A DNA stretch of 64,000 nt, from assembly GCA_047495785.1 (NCBI GenBank), contig JBLDXI010000013.1:2356001-2420000 (forward strand). Reading direction: 5' to 3'. A program made the translations under genes and the position numbers. Below the pieces are notes generated by a model. It saw only the letters and a program-made list of their open reading frames with translations, had not been told where the DNA came from and did no database searches. Below are positions 11,281-23,118 of the stretch, piece after piece (the stretch's first letter is position 1; the number at the start of each line of letters is the position of its first letter). Origin of the DNA: Lepidodermella squamata (taxonomy: Eukaryota; Animalia; Gastrotricha).

Positions 11281-12948
11281 TCAATGTGGCGTTAGTTGAG
11301 GCGCTCGACCTGTCAGATGGTCGCAAGGGTTGATGAAACCGCTAGTTTCGAGCTGCAGCCGCTTTTCGCGGTGGTGATGCCGTTCGGTGCGTAGTTCCGC
11401 TGGATCGAGGGCTTTGTTGATAGCGCGAAGAAGGGGCTGTTGGCCACCTCCGCAGACATCGAAAACATCGTCAAAGTCGAGCGTCCAGAGTGCGATGCCG
11501 CCGAAGTGACGGTGTAGAGCATACTGAGCTTTAGCGGCAACGGTTTCGGTGTTTTGAGTCGAAATCCACTCGTTAACTTTGTAACTTAGAAGAGCCACCT
11601 TAAAAATCGGAAATTTGAACTATTAGAATTATAATTTAATTTCCAAAAACCTCCTCAGCCATTGGATCGTAGATTGTTTCGTATAATTTTTCCATTGCGG
11701 TCGAATCGTCGCATTGTTCCTTCAAGCAAGTCTGGAAAAAATTATTTGTAAATTTTTTTCAAAATTTTCTCGTTATTTTCCTTACCTCGTAGAACGCGTT
11801 TAGCCCCGGTTCCTTAGTAAAATGACCAGCAATACCAGGTCCGCAAGTCGAAATGCCAGCCCCAGTGCCATTTGTGTTGTTCAGTGAGTCATCACATAGA
11901 CGGAAAGAACGGCCATAAGCTGGGATTCCCAGGTTCAAATTCTTGCTCAGCGCACCTTGCGACAGCCAATGATCAACGGCCCATTCCTTAAAAATTGAGA
12001 ACGCCATGAAAAACAACTTGATCCAAGAAAATAGTTTACCATGGTAAGCTGATGGCGATCTGGATCGATTTCAGCTGGGTCGTACCGAAGCGGAGCGTTG
12101 TAGCCAGTTGTGTTGTCCCAAGCTCCGTGGAAGTCGTAGGTCATCAGGGTCATGAAATCTAAGGCCCTTCATTATGGAAACGAAAATTTCAAAATCTGGG
12201 AAATTTTTCAAAATTATTTTACTGGTCAATTTCTTTGATTTCATAGGCGCTTTCAACGACTTTCTTGCCGACACCAACTGCAGCTGATAGGATTAATTTT
12301 GGCTTATTGGTTAAGGCAGCTTCTTGGCGAAATTCATCGGATAGCATCTTAAAAATTTCTTAAAAATATCAACAATCAGGTAATAAAATCTAAAAATTCA
12401 AACCTTCATCCATTTTGTGAAGCGTTCCCTGTCCTCGGGAGGACTGCCGCGATTCGCCGGGTATTCGATGTCGATATCTAATCCATCGAGTTTATTATCA
12501 CGCAAAAATTTGATAGCTTCACGGTTGAAATTAGCCATGCGTTCTTCTTCGGCCATAATGTGGCTAAATGGCTCCATCCCGGCGTTCCAGCCTCCGATGG
12601 CTACCATAACCGATAAATTTGCATTTCGATGTTTGAGCTCCAACAAGGCATCAATCATTTCTGGCCGAATAAATTATTGTTTGGGGTAAAATTCGATGAT
12701 ATCAACTAACCTCCATCATTGTGCTCTCGCATTTTCATAACACCGTCTTTCACGTCGAGAAATGCGAGGACGATGTGCGAGCAGAGATTCGGATCAATCA
12801 AATTTCCGACATTTTCGTGAGACAATTTGACCGGAACTTGACGGTACTGCGCCCAATTAGCGATGTAGCAGACACGCCGCATCGAATCACCGACATGCAT
12901 TAGGTACAATGCGCTGAGAAGGTGGGCGAATACTCCGAATATTTCCAT
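11281..12948 (-). CDS. GH18 chitinase (multi-exon, no CBM14 domain)
   Basis: Signal peptide; RVCYIANWAQYR, VMVAIGGWN, intact catalytic LDGLDIDIEYP (DxxDxDxE), MTYDFHGAW, KNLNLGIPAYGRSF, GIALWTLDFDD. All exons join in frame by GT-AG introns. Confidence 0.93.
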
Positions 12949-13235
12949 GATAATGTTTCGAGCAATTTAAAATGAAAATAATGGGGGAAATCAGTTTCTG
13001 ATGTAGCATTTTAGGCTGGATGGCACGCGATCTGTCCACATTTCAGCACGCGAGTAAAATTCACAAAAATTAACCTTTTATTTCCACAAAAATGCGTTTT
13101 GATTTTTCTACAACTAATAGCGAGGAAAGATGGCCGTGTCGAGAAAGATCGTGAATTTGATTAAAATTTTAAAATGATTTCAAAAATTCAAAATGATTGC
13201 AAGAAATTGAGCAAATATTTCAATAGAATGTCCAA

Positions 13236-13814
13236 TTATCGAATGAAGCGAAAGACGACCAGCCCGCTGAGTATCACCAAAGATGAAGCCAGCATTTCGG
13301 GTGAAGAGTTGCATCGATCCTTGTCACGGCAGCAGTAGTAGTCGTGGCAACCGTGGGTTGGCGAGAAGCAATCCTGGGGCGCTGTTTAAGAGATAAATAC
13401 AGTTGCAAGTGATACTTAATATAAATTCGACAAACTTGACGAGAAGAAGTTCCACCAGAACGACGAAATTGGTGATGACCAATCGAAATCGTAATCACGA
13501 ACACCACCAGACACAGCACAGGCACCAGTGCCAGCACAGCCTCGACTTCCACTAAAACGAAATTCATAGTTCAATTAAGGCGCCGAAATACTTGGCCATC
13601 TCACTTACGTTCTAGCGTTTTTGAAACAGTTGAAATCAAGGCCGCCTTTTGCGCTACCGCCAGTCGCGTTACAAGACACTAGCTTCCAGTTGGTCCTGTC
13701 GTTACAGTGGGCTACGTTAGGATCGCACAAGAAGCAGTTGTTTACGGCGTCACACAGCGCCGCCAGAAAGACTAGCGCGAAAAACGACCCAAAAACCAGC
13801 GAGGCGTTGCTCAT
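13236..13814 (-). CDS. Three-finger GPI-type protein #3 (3 exons)
   Basis: VNNCFLCDPN..CFKNART|GSRGCAGTGACAVSGGVRDYDFDWSSPISSFWWNFFSS|PQDCFSPTHGCHDYYCCRDKDRCNSS, then a hydrophobic tail. Confidence 0.9.
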
Positions 13815-14031
13815 CTTATATCACGCAAATATGGCCTAAAATCAGCGATAAATCAATCATGCAATTTTTTTTAGAAAATGATTTGTAGAACAAACAGGGC
13901 CTGGGAAAAGTTTTGATCAACGCTCTGATAGAAAATACATATAGTGAGGCGTGTCATATTAAAGGGTCAAATATTTTGAGCAAATAATTTTGAGACTATT
14001 TTTGAGGCGAGAAAATGCGTTCATTCAGTTC

Positions 14032-14593
14032 TCATTTGATTATCCAAACTAGTGTTACGAGCAGCAAAACGGCGATAGGTGTTAACGATGGCGCCCAGGC
14101 TGAGTTGCATCGATCGCTATCACGGCAACAGTAGAAATCGTGGCAGCCATGCGATGGACTGAAGCACGAGTGCCATACTGTGGGTTGAAATAGGTTGGAA
14201 ATTTAAAGTCTCAATCGAAAGGAAGCAGTTATACCTGGCAAGAATTGTTTCCAAACCCAAAACCATGGCCGTGACCATTCAAACTCATAGTCTCTTACGT
14301 TATTCGACGTTCCACAAGCTGTGTAGTTACCGCAGCCTCGAGTTCCACTGCAAAAAATTTTTCGTAAAAATTAGGAAAATTATATAGCAAATGACGAACG
14401 TTTGCGCAATTTTGTAGCAAGGAATCTCGGTGCCTAATGTAGCAGTGCATGTTTTCAAGGACCATTTAGCCGTATCGAAGCAGTTGTCAACATTTCCATC
14501 GCAAAACCAACAATTACTGACAGCTTCAGCGTGGTGAAGTAGGAGAACAAAGCCAACGAATGCGATGAGTCTCCAAGAAAAGTTCGAAATCAT
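14032..14593 (-). CDS. Three-finger GPI-type protein #4 (3 coding exons)
   Basis: VSNCWFCDGN..CYKIAQT|GTRGCGNYTACGTSNNVRDYEFEWSRPWFWVWKQFLP|VWHSCFSPSHGCHDFYCCRDSDRCNSA, then a hydrophobic tail. Confidence 0.9.
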
Positions 14594-14921
14594 AGATCAG
14601 CTGCAAAATTTTAGAAAAAAATATATATAATCAATTTTCCAACAATTTACCCACCTTTTACTCTCGGGATTTTATCGGTTAGATGTGTTTCTGTATCTGA
14701 GAATAAATTCTACGAAAAAAATAATTTGTTGAAAAACCGATTTCTCTTCGCCTTATACAACAAACAACATAGTGCAAGCACTCAACACAAATTAATAAAA
14801 CAAAAAATGAAAATAAAATCAACTAATAAAATCCCATTCAGCACGGTATAATGTAACGCGAGAGAAAAAAATTGAGCAATTTTTCTTTCAGACTTGAATT
14901 TGAACAAATGCATATAAGATT

Positions 14922-15492
14922 TTAGTATAGTACATAGGCGCCTATGACCAGTGGTAGCGCGATCGCCCCTAGCGCTAGTGGTGTCGAGCCAGGCATCGAG
15001 GCGGTGTTGCATCGATCCGCGTCACGGCAGCAGAAGAAATCGTGGCAGCCGTGGGTTTGCGAGAAACAATCGTGCCAGACTGAAAGAATAATTAGAATTA
15101 TCGCAATTTTTCGAATTCTCATCTTACTCGGAAGAATTTGGTTCCAAACCCAAAGCCATGGAGCACCCCAGTCGAACTCGTAATCTCTGACGTTGTTCGA
15201 GGTGACACAAGCAGGGTAAGTCGCACAGCCGCGGTTGCCACTTAAAATTTGCCATAAAAATGTCAAAAATGTATAAATTTCCGAATTAAACTCACGTTCT
15301 TCCGATCTTGTAGCACGGAGTATCGTTACCTAGAGCACCACTGTTGCAAGTTCTCAACTGCCATTGGTTAGGATCTTTGCAGTTGGCGATGTTGATGTCG
15401 CAAAACCAGCAGTTGGACACAGCATCGACGACGCTGAAGAATCCGATGATGGCGAAAAAGCTAGCGAGAACCAACTTATTCGACGAAATCAT
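14922..15492 (-). CDS. Three-finger GPI-type protein #5 (3 coding exons)
   Basis: VSNCWFCDIN..CYKIGRT|GNRGCATYPACVTSNNVRDYEFDWGAPWLWVWNQILP|WHDCFSQTHGCHDFFCCRDADRCNTA, then a hydrophobic tail. Confidence 0.9.
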
Positions 15493-15753
15493 TTGCTGAA
15501 ATACGCATGGGTAAACGTTAAAAAATCAGTTATAGCTAAAATTATTTACCCGATTCAGCTGGGCACTATATTAGCAACTATTGAAAACTATAATGCCTAG
15601 GATAAAGATGGAACACAATTCTGAGCCTCTTTTTCTTGCTTTACAAAATTTTAGAAAACAAATAATCAAGACATGAGATTTTTAGGTGACATCGATTGTA
15701 CAATTGAATAAAATTTGAGCAAAATTTAAGAAAGATAAATCAATAAATGATTG

Positions 15754-16350
15754 TCAATGACGCTTCATTAGGGCCCATAGTGCCAGACCACTGGAACCCA
15801 GTAAGAGCCATAGGGGTGCTCCGATCTCCATCGCTCCAGGCGTGGCGGTGTTGCATCGATCGCGATCTCGGCAGCACCAGAAATCGTGGCTACCGTGTTG
15901 GCTGAAGGAATCGTGAGCAACTATTCGGCATTCATAGAAATAACACTGCCATTTCAAACATAATATGGAGCGTCAACTTACCGACGAGGAACTGCTTCCA
16001 GATCCAGCGCCATGGCGCTCGCCACTCGAAATCGGTATCACGAATACCTTGCGAACTCGTGCAGGCTGCGAGGGAAGCAGCGCAACCACGGCTTCCACTG
16101 AAATTTACGAAAAATTATATTTGGTCGATGGCAAATGAAACTCAACTCACGTTATGCTCGATTTCCAACAAGGCGTGTCATTGCCCCAGAGACCACTGTT
16201 GCACGTTACAACCTTCCATGTGCTCGGGTTCCTACAATCGCCCCAGTTGTAGTCGCAAAGCCAACAATTGTTCACAGCATCGACGGCTACGAAAAGAACA
16301 GCCACAGCTATGGTGCCAAAAACGGCCGCATGGCGCCGAGCTTGAAGCAT
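15754..16350 (-). CDS. Three-finger GPI-type protein #6 (10-Cys variant)
   Basis: VNNCWLCDYN..CWKSSIT|GSRGCAASLAACTSSQGIRDTDFEWRAPWRWIWKQFLV|VAHDSFSQHGSHDFWCCRDRDRCNTA, then a hydrophobic tail. Confidence 0.9.
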
Positions 16351-16462
16351 CTCTCTTCTATAACCTCTACAAAATATTGGAAATTGAAGTAGAAAAATGT
16401 TGATTTTAGTCATAAAATTTGAGCAACAATTTTGATTTTGATCTCGCAAAACAATTCAAAGT

Positions 16463-17058
16463 TCAGTTCCAATTCCTTAGTAATAGGAAGCCGAAAATTG
16501 ACGCCACTAGAAGTAGAGGTGAACTGTTTTGAGGTAGAGCCGAGTTGCAGAAATTTTTATCGCGACAGCAAAACCATTCGTGGCAACCATGGGATTCACT
16601 GAAGCAGTCATGCGGAACTGAAAAGTTGATAAAAGTTGGATCAATCAAGTTCACGACTGAATCGAACTTACGGACGACAAGCTGTTTCCAAATCCACCTC
16701 CAAGGCGCATTCCACTCAAAATCGGTATCGCGTAGGTTGTTCGAAGCTGTGCATGAAGGCAGGGTGCCACATCCTCGACTTCCCCTATGAAAATTAGCAA
16801 TTTTTAAGGAGGCTGAATATATTCAACAGCTTTCGCTTACGTTTTCGTGTTTTTGTAACACGTTCCAAGCTCCTCGCCGCAGTTTGCCGATATCCAATTT
16901 GTTGGATTTCTGCAATCGGCTATATTGTAGTCACATAGCCAACAGCTGACATTGCGCTTCTTCTCCAGAGCGACTTGGCCATCGACTTGGCCGATGTCTG
17001 ATAGCGTAACAGCTAGTAGCGCTATGGCCAGTGCCGAACTTGCGATTTGTATCAACAT
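16463..17058 (-). CDS. Three-finger GPI-type protein #7 (with short pro-segment ending KKR)
   Basis: ..QVALEKKRNVSCWLCDYN..CYKNTKT|GSRGCGTLPSCTASNNLRDTDFEWNAPWRWIWKQLVV|PHDCFSESHGCHEWFCCRDKNFCNSA, then a hydrophobic tail. Confidence 0.9.
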
Positions 17059-17891
17059 GGCGCAAAAAAGGTATATCTAACGAACAGCAGTAGTAGCATT
17101 GATAAGTTGCCATTTTCTTGAAATCTTGATGACACACTTAATGCCGCGAAAAATGGCGATTTAACGCGCACACGACAAACTGACAGCGCGTGTTTTATTG
17201 CGTGTAAATTACCTGCGCGCGCTTCACAGCGACGCGCGCACAGCAGAAGGCCTTTGTGTCAAAAAGTTGAGGCGCAAACAAAAGATCAAGACCTGCATTA
17301 CAGCGGCGTGTTAATTACAACTGTTGTTATTGTTACAGTTCTTGTTTTTGTTACCGTGTCTGAAACTATTTTCTTGCATATAGCCACCGCTTATTGTTTC
17401 GCAAAAATTGTTAGCGGAGAAAAAGCCTGTGGCGATGACTATGTTACATACAAGGCGTTATGTGGACATCTCTAAATTTCGTTACAAGAAAAACACTCAC
17501 GCGCGCGCTTTGTTCGACGTGCGGCTATAGAATTTCGTTATTATTTTGAGGTGGATTATTACAGCGTGATTTTTACGGCGACTCGCGTTAATTACCAATT
17601 ACAAAGATAAAGCAGCAATTATCGCACGAGGTTATTTATTATCACAGCAGATGAATTGTGTCTAAGCTGCTGTTGTTTTAAGCTACGTTTCCTAACGAGG
17701 GTATCAAAGAATAATATTTTTGGACGTGACAGTACAAGGAACATGAAATTCAAAAAGCAGTGGGCGACGCGCGATGGCCCGGAGCGGAAAAGCGGGAGAA
17801 ACAAGAGCAAGAATGTTAATTCAAATAAAAGACCTCTACTATTTTTTCAACTTGAAGCGTACAAGATATACATTGGTGATATACGAGGGAG
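17059..17891. promoter_or_regulatory. Divergent intergenic region between the two arms of the three-finger array
   Basis: Head-to-head starts at 17058 (-) and 17892 (+). Rich in CGCG runs. The right half is duplicated upstream of gene #9. Promoter function is inferred from position only. Confidence 0.5.
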
Positions 17892-18445
17892 ATGCGACTT
17901 GAAGCTTCGCTTCTAAGCTTGGCCGCTCTTATTATGCTAATACCAGCCATTCAGGCGGTTAATAACTGTTGGGAGTGTGACGAAGATATCGCTGATTGCC
18001 ACAATAGTGCTAACTGGAAAGTTGCGAGATGTGTGGCTACACACGGCATCGCTCAACCGTGTTACAAACACGAACCCAGGTAGGAAAATATACTTAAATT
18101 GTGATATATAAAATTCAAAGTCACGATTATTATTGGGTTGATAAATTCTATCGTTATTATTTGTATTTTAGTGGCCGTCGCGGATGCGCATCGATGGCTG
18201 CGTGTGCCGCCAACAGTGGCTCGCGTCCTATCGCTTATGACCCAGCTCAACCTTGGATTTGGATCCTACAACAGATATTCCCTGCCTCGAAAGATTGCTA
18301 CTCGGGAGTTACCGGTTGCGCGGGAATATGGTGCTGTCGCGATTGGGATAGATGCAATTCAGCCCACCGAGCTACATCGACGTCATTGGCCCTAACTTTC
18401 GCTAGCTGTGGATTCGCCTTATTTATGATGCTATTACGCAGATAA
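17892..18445 (+). CDS. Three-finger GPI-type protein #8 (2 exons)
   Basis: VNNCWECDED..CYKHEP|SGRRGCASMAACAANSGSRPIAYDPAQPWIWILQQIFPASKDCYSGVTGCAGIWCCRDWDRCNSA, then a hydrophobic tail. Confidence 0.92.
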
Positions 18446-19375
18446 CGTTTCTAGTTGTTATACTTCAATATGATACCCTTGTATTAGCTTGATATTCAAC
18501 AAATTTGTTATTGCTTATAATGGATCCTGTATTCTTGTAACGAAGTTGAACTTTAAAATGCTGGTTTTTTCGAAAGTAAAAATGCCTTGCCAGAAATCAA
18601 CGCGTTCATTGACCATTTTTTAAATTTTTTGTATAAATTCCGGCTTTTATTTTGTTACCAGTCTCAGGAAGGTTAAGAAGGTCATGTTCTCAGCGCTCGA
18701 TTGATGATGCCTAATAATACGCTCGTTATCGGTTAACGAAATGCAACGAAATGAGTCCAAGAAATTTTGATTTAGCTTTTTGGCTAGCCATTTCATCAAT
18801 TCGTGAAAGTTGCTCATCAGGTTGCCACCGTGGGAAAAAGGCTTTTGGCCTATTAAGAATGTTTGGCTTGCCAGCAGACCCGATTTTCAAAGATGGCCGG
18901 GAAAGGCGGAAAGTATGCATATAGGGTGACGGCAATCAAGCGTTAGATGTTATATGGGCCTCTTGATCTTTCGTTGCGTGAGTTAAAATAATAAACTCGA
19001 GCGCTTTGTTCGACGTGCGGCTGGAATTTCGTTATTATTTTAAGATGGATTTTTGCTGCGACTCGCGTTAATTACCAATTACAAAGATAAAGCAGCAATT
19101 ATCGCACGGGGTCATTTATTATCATAGCAGATGAATTGTTTCACGAGCTGTTGCTGTTTCAAGCTAGAGAGTATTAAAAGAAAAATGTTACTCTGCAGGT
19201 ATTTTTGAACGTGAAAGAGCATATAGGGACATTGTCGTAAGACTCGAAAAGCAGTGGGCGACGCGTGATGGCCCGGAGCGGCAGAAACAAAAGTGAGAAA
19301 CGCTTATAACAGAAAACAAGACTTCTCCTATTTTTTCAACTTCAAGCGTACTTGCATTGGCGATAAACCAGGGAG

Positions 19376-19906
19376 ATGCGACTTGAAGCTTCGCTTCTAA
19401 GCTTGGCTGCTTTTATCATGCTAATACCAGCCATTCAGGCGGTTAATAACTGCTGGGAGTGCGACGAAGATATGGCTGATTGCCATAATAGCGCTAACTG
19501 GAAGGTTGCGAGATGTTCGACTACGCACGGCAACCCTACACCGTGCTATAAACACGAACCCAGGTAAGAAGACATACTTTTTATAGCATATCAACTCAAA
19601 AGTCATGATTTTGCTAAATTATTTCTTACTAGTGGCCGTCGCGGATGCGCAGCGTTTGCTTCATGTGCTGCCAATAGCGGTCTTCGCCCTTTCGCCTATG
19701 ATGGCAACCAGCCGTGGCTTTGGGTCTTGAATCAAATATTTCCAGCAGCGAAAGATTGCTACTCTGGAGTTATCGGTTGCGGGGGAATATGGTGCTGTCG
19801 CGATTGGGATAGATGCAATTCAGCCAACCGAGCTACTTCAACGTCATTGGCCCTAACTTTCGCTAGCAGTGGATTCGCCTTATTTATGATGCTATTCCGC
19901 AGATAA
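19376..19906 (+). CDS. Three-finger GPI-type protein #9 (2 exons; duplicate of #8)
   Basis: VNNCWECDED..CYKHEP|SGRRGCAAFASCAANSGLRPFAYDGNQPWLWVLNQIFPAAKDCYSGVIGCGGIWCCRDWDRCNSA, then a hydrophobic tail. Confidence 0.92.
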
Positions 19907-20425
19907 ATTGTCTCAATAGAGCTAATAATTTTATCAGCTAGAGTATTATTGCGTAATTAATCTTGAATTCTTGTAATGAATACTGGTTTTGTTAGTAAAA
20001 AAGCAGCCCCAATTTTTCGGAAAATGAGCCACTTTTTACGCGCGTTTGCATATTAATTTTTCCTTAATTGTTTCGCCATGGCGCATCGGAAGTGAGACAA
20101 TGCCTTGCCAGAAAAACAACTCTTTTGTTGCCCTTATACGCTTTCATCGACCATTTTTTTTTTAATTTTCGGGTAAATTCCGGCTTTTGTTTCGTTACCA
20201 GCCAGGATGGTGAAGTGTCTTTGTTCACAGCGCTCGAGTAGTGATAGTTAATAATACGCTCGTTATCGGTTAACCAAATACGAAAACAGGTGCCGGGCAA
20301 TGAAATGGAAGAAGACGACTTGTCAAATGAAATTAACCTCCAAGAACGGGAGATAATAGCTTCCTATACCCGCTCGATAGTATTATATGCAACAGTTTAG
20401 AGTCGTTTCAACTTGAAATCCAACC

Positions 20426-21000
20426 ATGCAACTTCATCAACGGCCAATATTAATCAGCCTTTTCGGGCTGATGACTTTACTGCCCCCACTTGAGGCTGTT
20501 AATAATTGCTTTTACTGTGATCCAAACGAAGCCGACTGCCACAACCCGATCAATTTCCAGGTAGTAAAATGTAGCAACGGTATCGCCGGCGTTAATCCGT
20601 GTTTCAAAATAAGAGCCACGTGAGCTAGCAATCCGGGTCCTGATTTTTGATTAATTTATTTTACTATTATTTTTCCGCCCAGTGGATCAAGAGGCTGTGG
20701 AACATATACAGGTATTATTGGTGTAAGTATTATTAATTCTCGTAAATTCTCTTACGTGATACAGCTTGCAGCACTAACTTTCCCATCGCGAACAAAGATT
20801 TCGATCCCGATCAGCCTTGGTTGTGGATCTTGCGTCAATTATTTCCTGTTCAAAAGGACTGCTTCTCATCGACTGAAGGCTGCAATCAGCTATTCTGTTG
20901 CCGCGACTTTGACAGGTGCAATTCAGGAGTTGCAATATCCGCTAACTTTTTCGCGCTTTTCTCGCTGATAACCCTGGCTACTGGTCTGTATCCATCTTAA
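20426..21000 (+). CDS. Three-finger GPI-type protein #10 (3 exons incl. 29-nt micro-exon)
   Basis: VNNCFYCDPN..CFKIRAT|GSRGCGTYT (20683-20711)|ACSTNFPIANKDFDPDQPWLWILRQLFPVQKDCFSSTEGCNQLFCCRDFDRCNSG, then a hydrophobic tail. Confidence 0.9.
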
Positions 21001-21455
21001 AAATGCTCATCTCGCCTGAAAAATTATTTAATGCTCAAACCGCTAAAGAATTGTTCAATCAAACATACTGTTTATGGACTTTGAAGTATAGTGAGATCGT
21101 TTCCACGAATAAAAAGTTCTTTTTTTTGATAACTAGCACTTTCATATTCTCTATTCATTTTCTCCATTTAAAACGGCCCGGAAAGAGACAGTGCCAGAGG
21201 ATATGACACCTAAGATCACTACCATAATTTTTATAATAAGCTCTGCAGAACATAAAAATAACCGCACAAGTTGACAAGTTTCGAACAAAAAGACTTCGCG
21301 GTTTCGTTATTGTCTTGGCGATTCCTCGAAAAAGCAGCTTTTAGCGCATTAGAGGCGACAAAAAATATAGCGCAGTACCGGTAGAAATTTGCGAATTTTA
21401 AAGCGCCTCGAGGCATTCTCTGTAGCGCTTAGAGATTTCACTCGCAATTCAAAAA

Positions 21456-21963
21456 ATGCGAAGCTATCATAATCTCGTCGTAGTTTTTTTCATTACTTTG
21501 GCTGTGGCAACTGATCGAGCTAACGCTGTCAACAACTGCTGGGAATGTGATGAAGACATGGGCGATTGCCACAATCCCAACAATTGGGTAGTCGCCCGAT
21601 GCACAGCAACCCACGGAATCCCAATGCCCTGCTACAAACACGAGCCAAGGTAAACATTATTGCATAAAAATGAAAGAAGTCTTACTCTTTCAATAAAGTG
21701 GAAGAAGAGGATGTGCTTCGATATCAGCATGTTCTGCCAATAGCGGCTTCCGTCCTGTTAATTACGATCCCCAGCAGCCTTGGATATGGATCCTACAGCA
21801 GCTGTTCCCAGCTTCTAAAGACTGCTATTCACCTGTGACGGGTTGCGCGCAAATTTGGTGCTGTCGCGATTGGGACCGTTGCAACTCAGCTCGGAGCCAA
21901 AAGTCGAGTCTAACTTCCTTACCCATTTTCGCACTACTAACTCTCCTGCTTTTTCGGAGGTAG
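21456..21963 (+). CDS. Three-finger GPI-type protein #11 (2 exons)
   Basis: VNNCWECDED..CYKHEP|SGRRGCASISACSANSGFRPVNYDPQQPWIWILQQLFPASKDCYSPVTGCAQIWCCRDWDRCNSA, then a hydrophobic tail. Confidence 0.9.
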
Positions 21964-22328
21964 TTGCAGTATAAAGAAAATGTGTATCCTAGTTTTAGCG
22001 GTTTAGCCATTTACGGCTCGAGGGCATCAATTTTTTAAATAAAAAGATAATAGCCTGTTTAGCAGATTCGTTATAACGAGATTATTTAGAGTCATGTTTT
22101 CCATCTATTATTCGCCTTTCGTTTTGAATTCGCTAACTTTAATCCATCGCAAAAAACTGCCAGCGCTAAAAACAAGCATTTAAAAACATGGTACCTTTGT
22201 GAACGGTTGCTAGTGACACTTTACCGATGCGTTTTACCTCAAGTGGTAAGCTAAAAGGCTTCCTATTATCTCTTTAACCACATCTCATTACGAGTTTGAG
22301 GTTTCCAGTAATTATCATTTGTAATAAC

Positions 22329-22884
22329 ATGGATTCAATTCGGTGGATAGCCATCTTCGTATTTTTCATCGGTATTTCGGCTGTAGAAGCAGTTAATAAT
22401 TGCTTCTATTGCGATCCAAACGAAGCCGACTGCCACAACCCTATCAACTTTAAGGTGATCAGATGCAGCAGTGGAATCGCCGGAGTGAACCCATGTTTCA
22501 AAATTCGGGCGACGTAAAAAAAAATCCATACTCTTATTCATTTTATTTACCGTTTTTCCATTGCAGTGGCTCTAGAGGCTGCGGAACATATACGGGTAAC
22601 AATTGTTGAACTAGATTTTCATTAGGCTTTACATATCATTTTTTGAAGCTTGCAGCATGCCTGGTACAGTGTCAGACCGAGAATACGACCCAGATCAGCC
22701 CTGGATTTGGATTCTTCATCAGTTATTTCCCGTCGTTAAAGATTGCTTTTCGGCAACCGAGGGCTGCAATCAACTCTACTGCTGCCGGGACTTCGATCGT
22801 TGTAACGCAGCTAATTCTATTATCAGTCCCAAAATTGTATTCACAGCGTTTACCAGCGTCATTTTACGGCCAATACTCAGCTGA
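22329..22884 (+). CDS. Three-finger GPI-type protein #12 (3 exons incl. micro-exon)
   Basis: VNNCFYCDPN..CFKIRAT|GSRGCGTYT|ACSMPGTVSDREYDPDQPWIWILHQLFPVVKDCFSATEGCNQLYCCRDFDRCNAA, then a hydrophobic tail. Confidence 0.9.
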
Positions 22885-23118
22885 TATAGACTTGAATTAT
22901 CAAAGCGAAACGTTGCTCAAAATTTGGTCTGAAATGTAAATAAAAATATCGTTTCCGATGTGGAAACGCTCGCCCTGTTTTGTGAAGGAAACGATGTAAA
23001 CATGGCTTTTTAATTCAGCGAGCCCATCCCCGTTTCCTTACTTGTCAATTCAAACAATAAAAATGCTGCGCGTCGCTAAAAACTGTCAACTCCCAAACAA
23101 AATTTTCCAATTTTAGCT

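Larger units (their letters stand above)
17505..20275 (+). repeat. Recent ~1.5-kb tandem segmental duplication (units ~17505-18740 and ~19000-20275)
   Basis: Shared upstream blocks (gctttgttcgacgtgcggct; actcgcgttaattaccaattacaaagataaagcagcaattatcgcacg), near-identical genes #8 and #9, and shared downstream blocks (aatgccttgccagaaa..taatacgctcgttatcggttaac). Confidence 0.85.
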
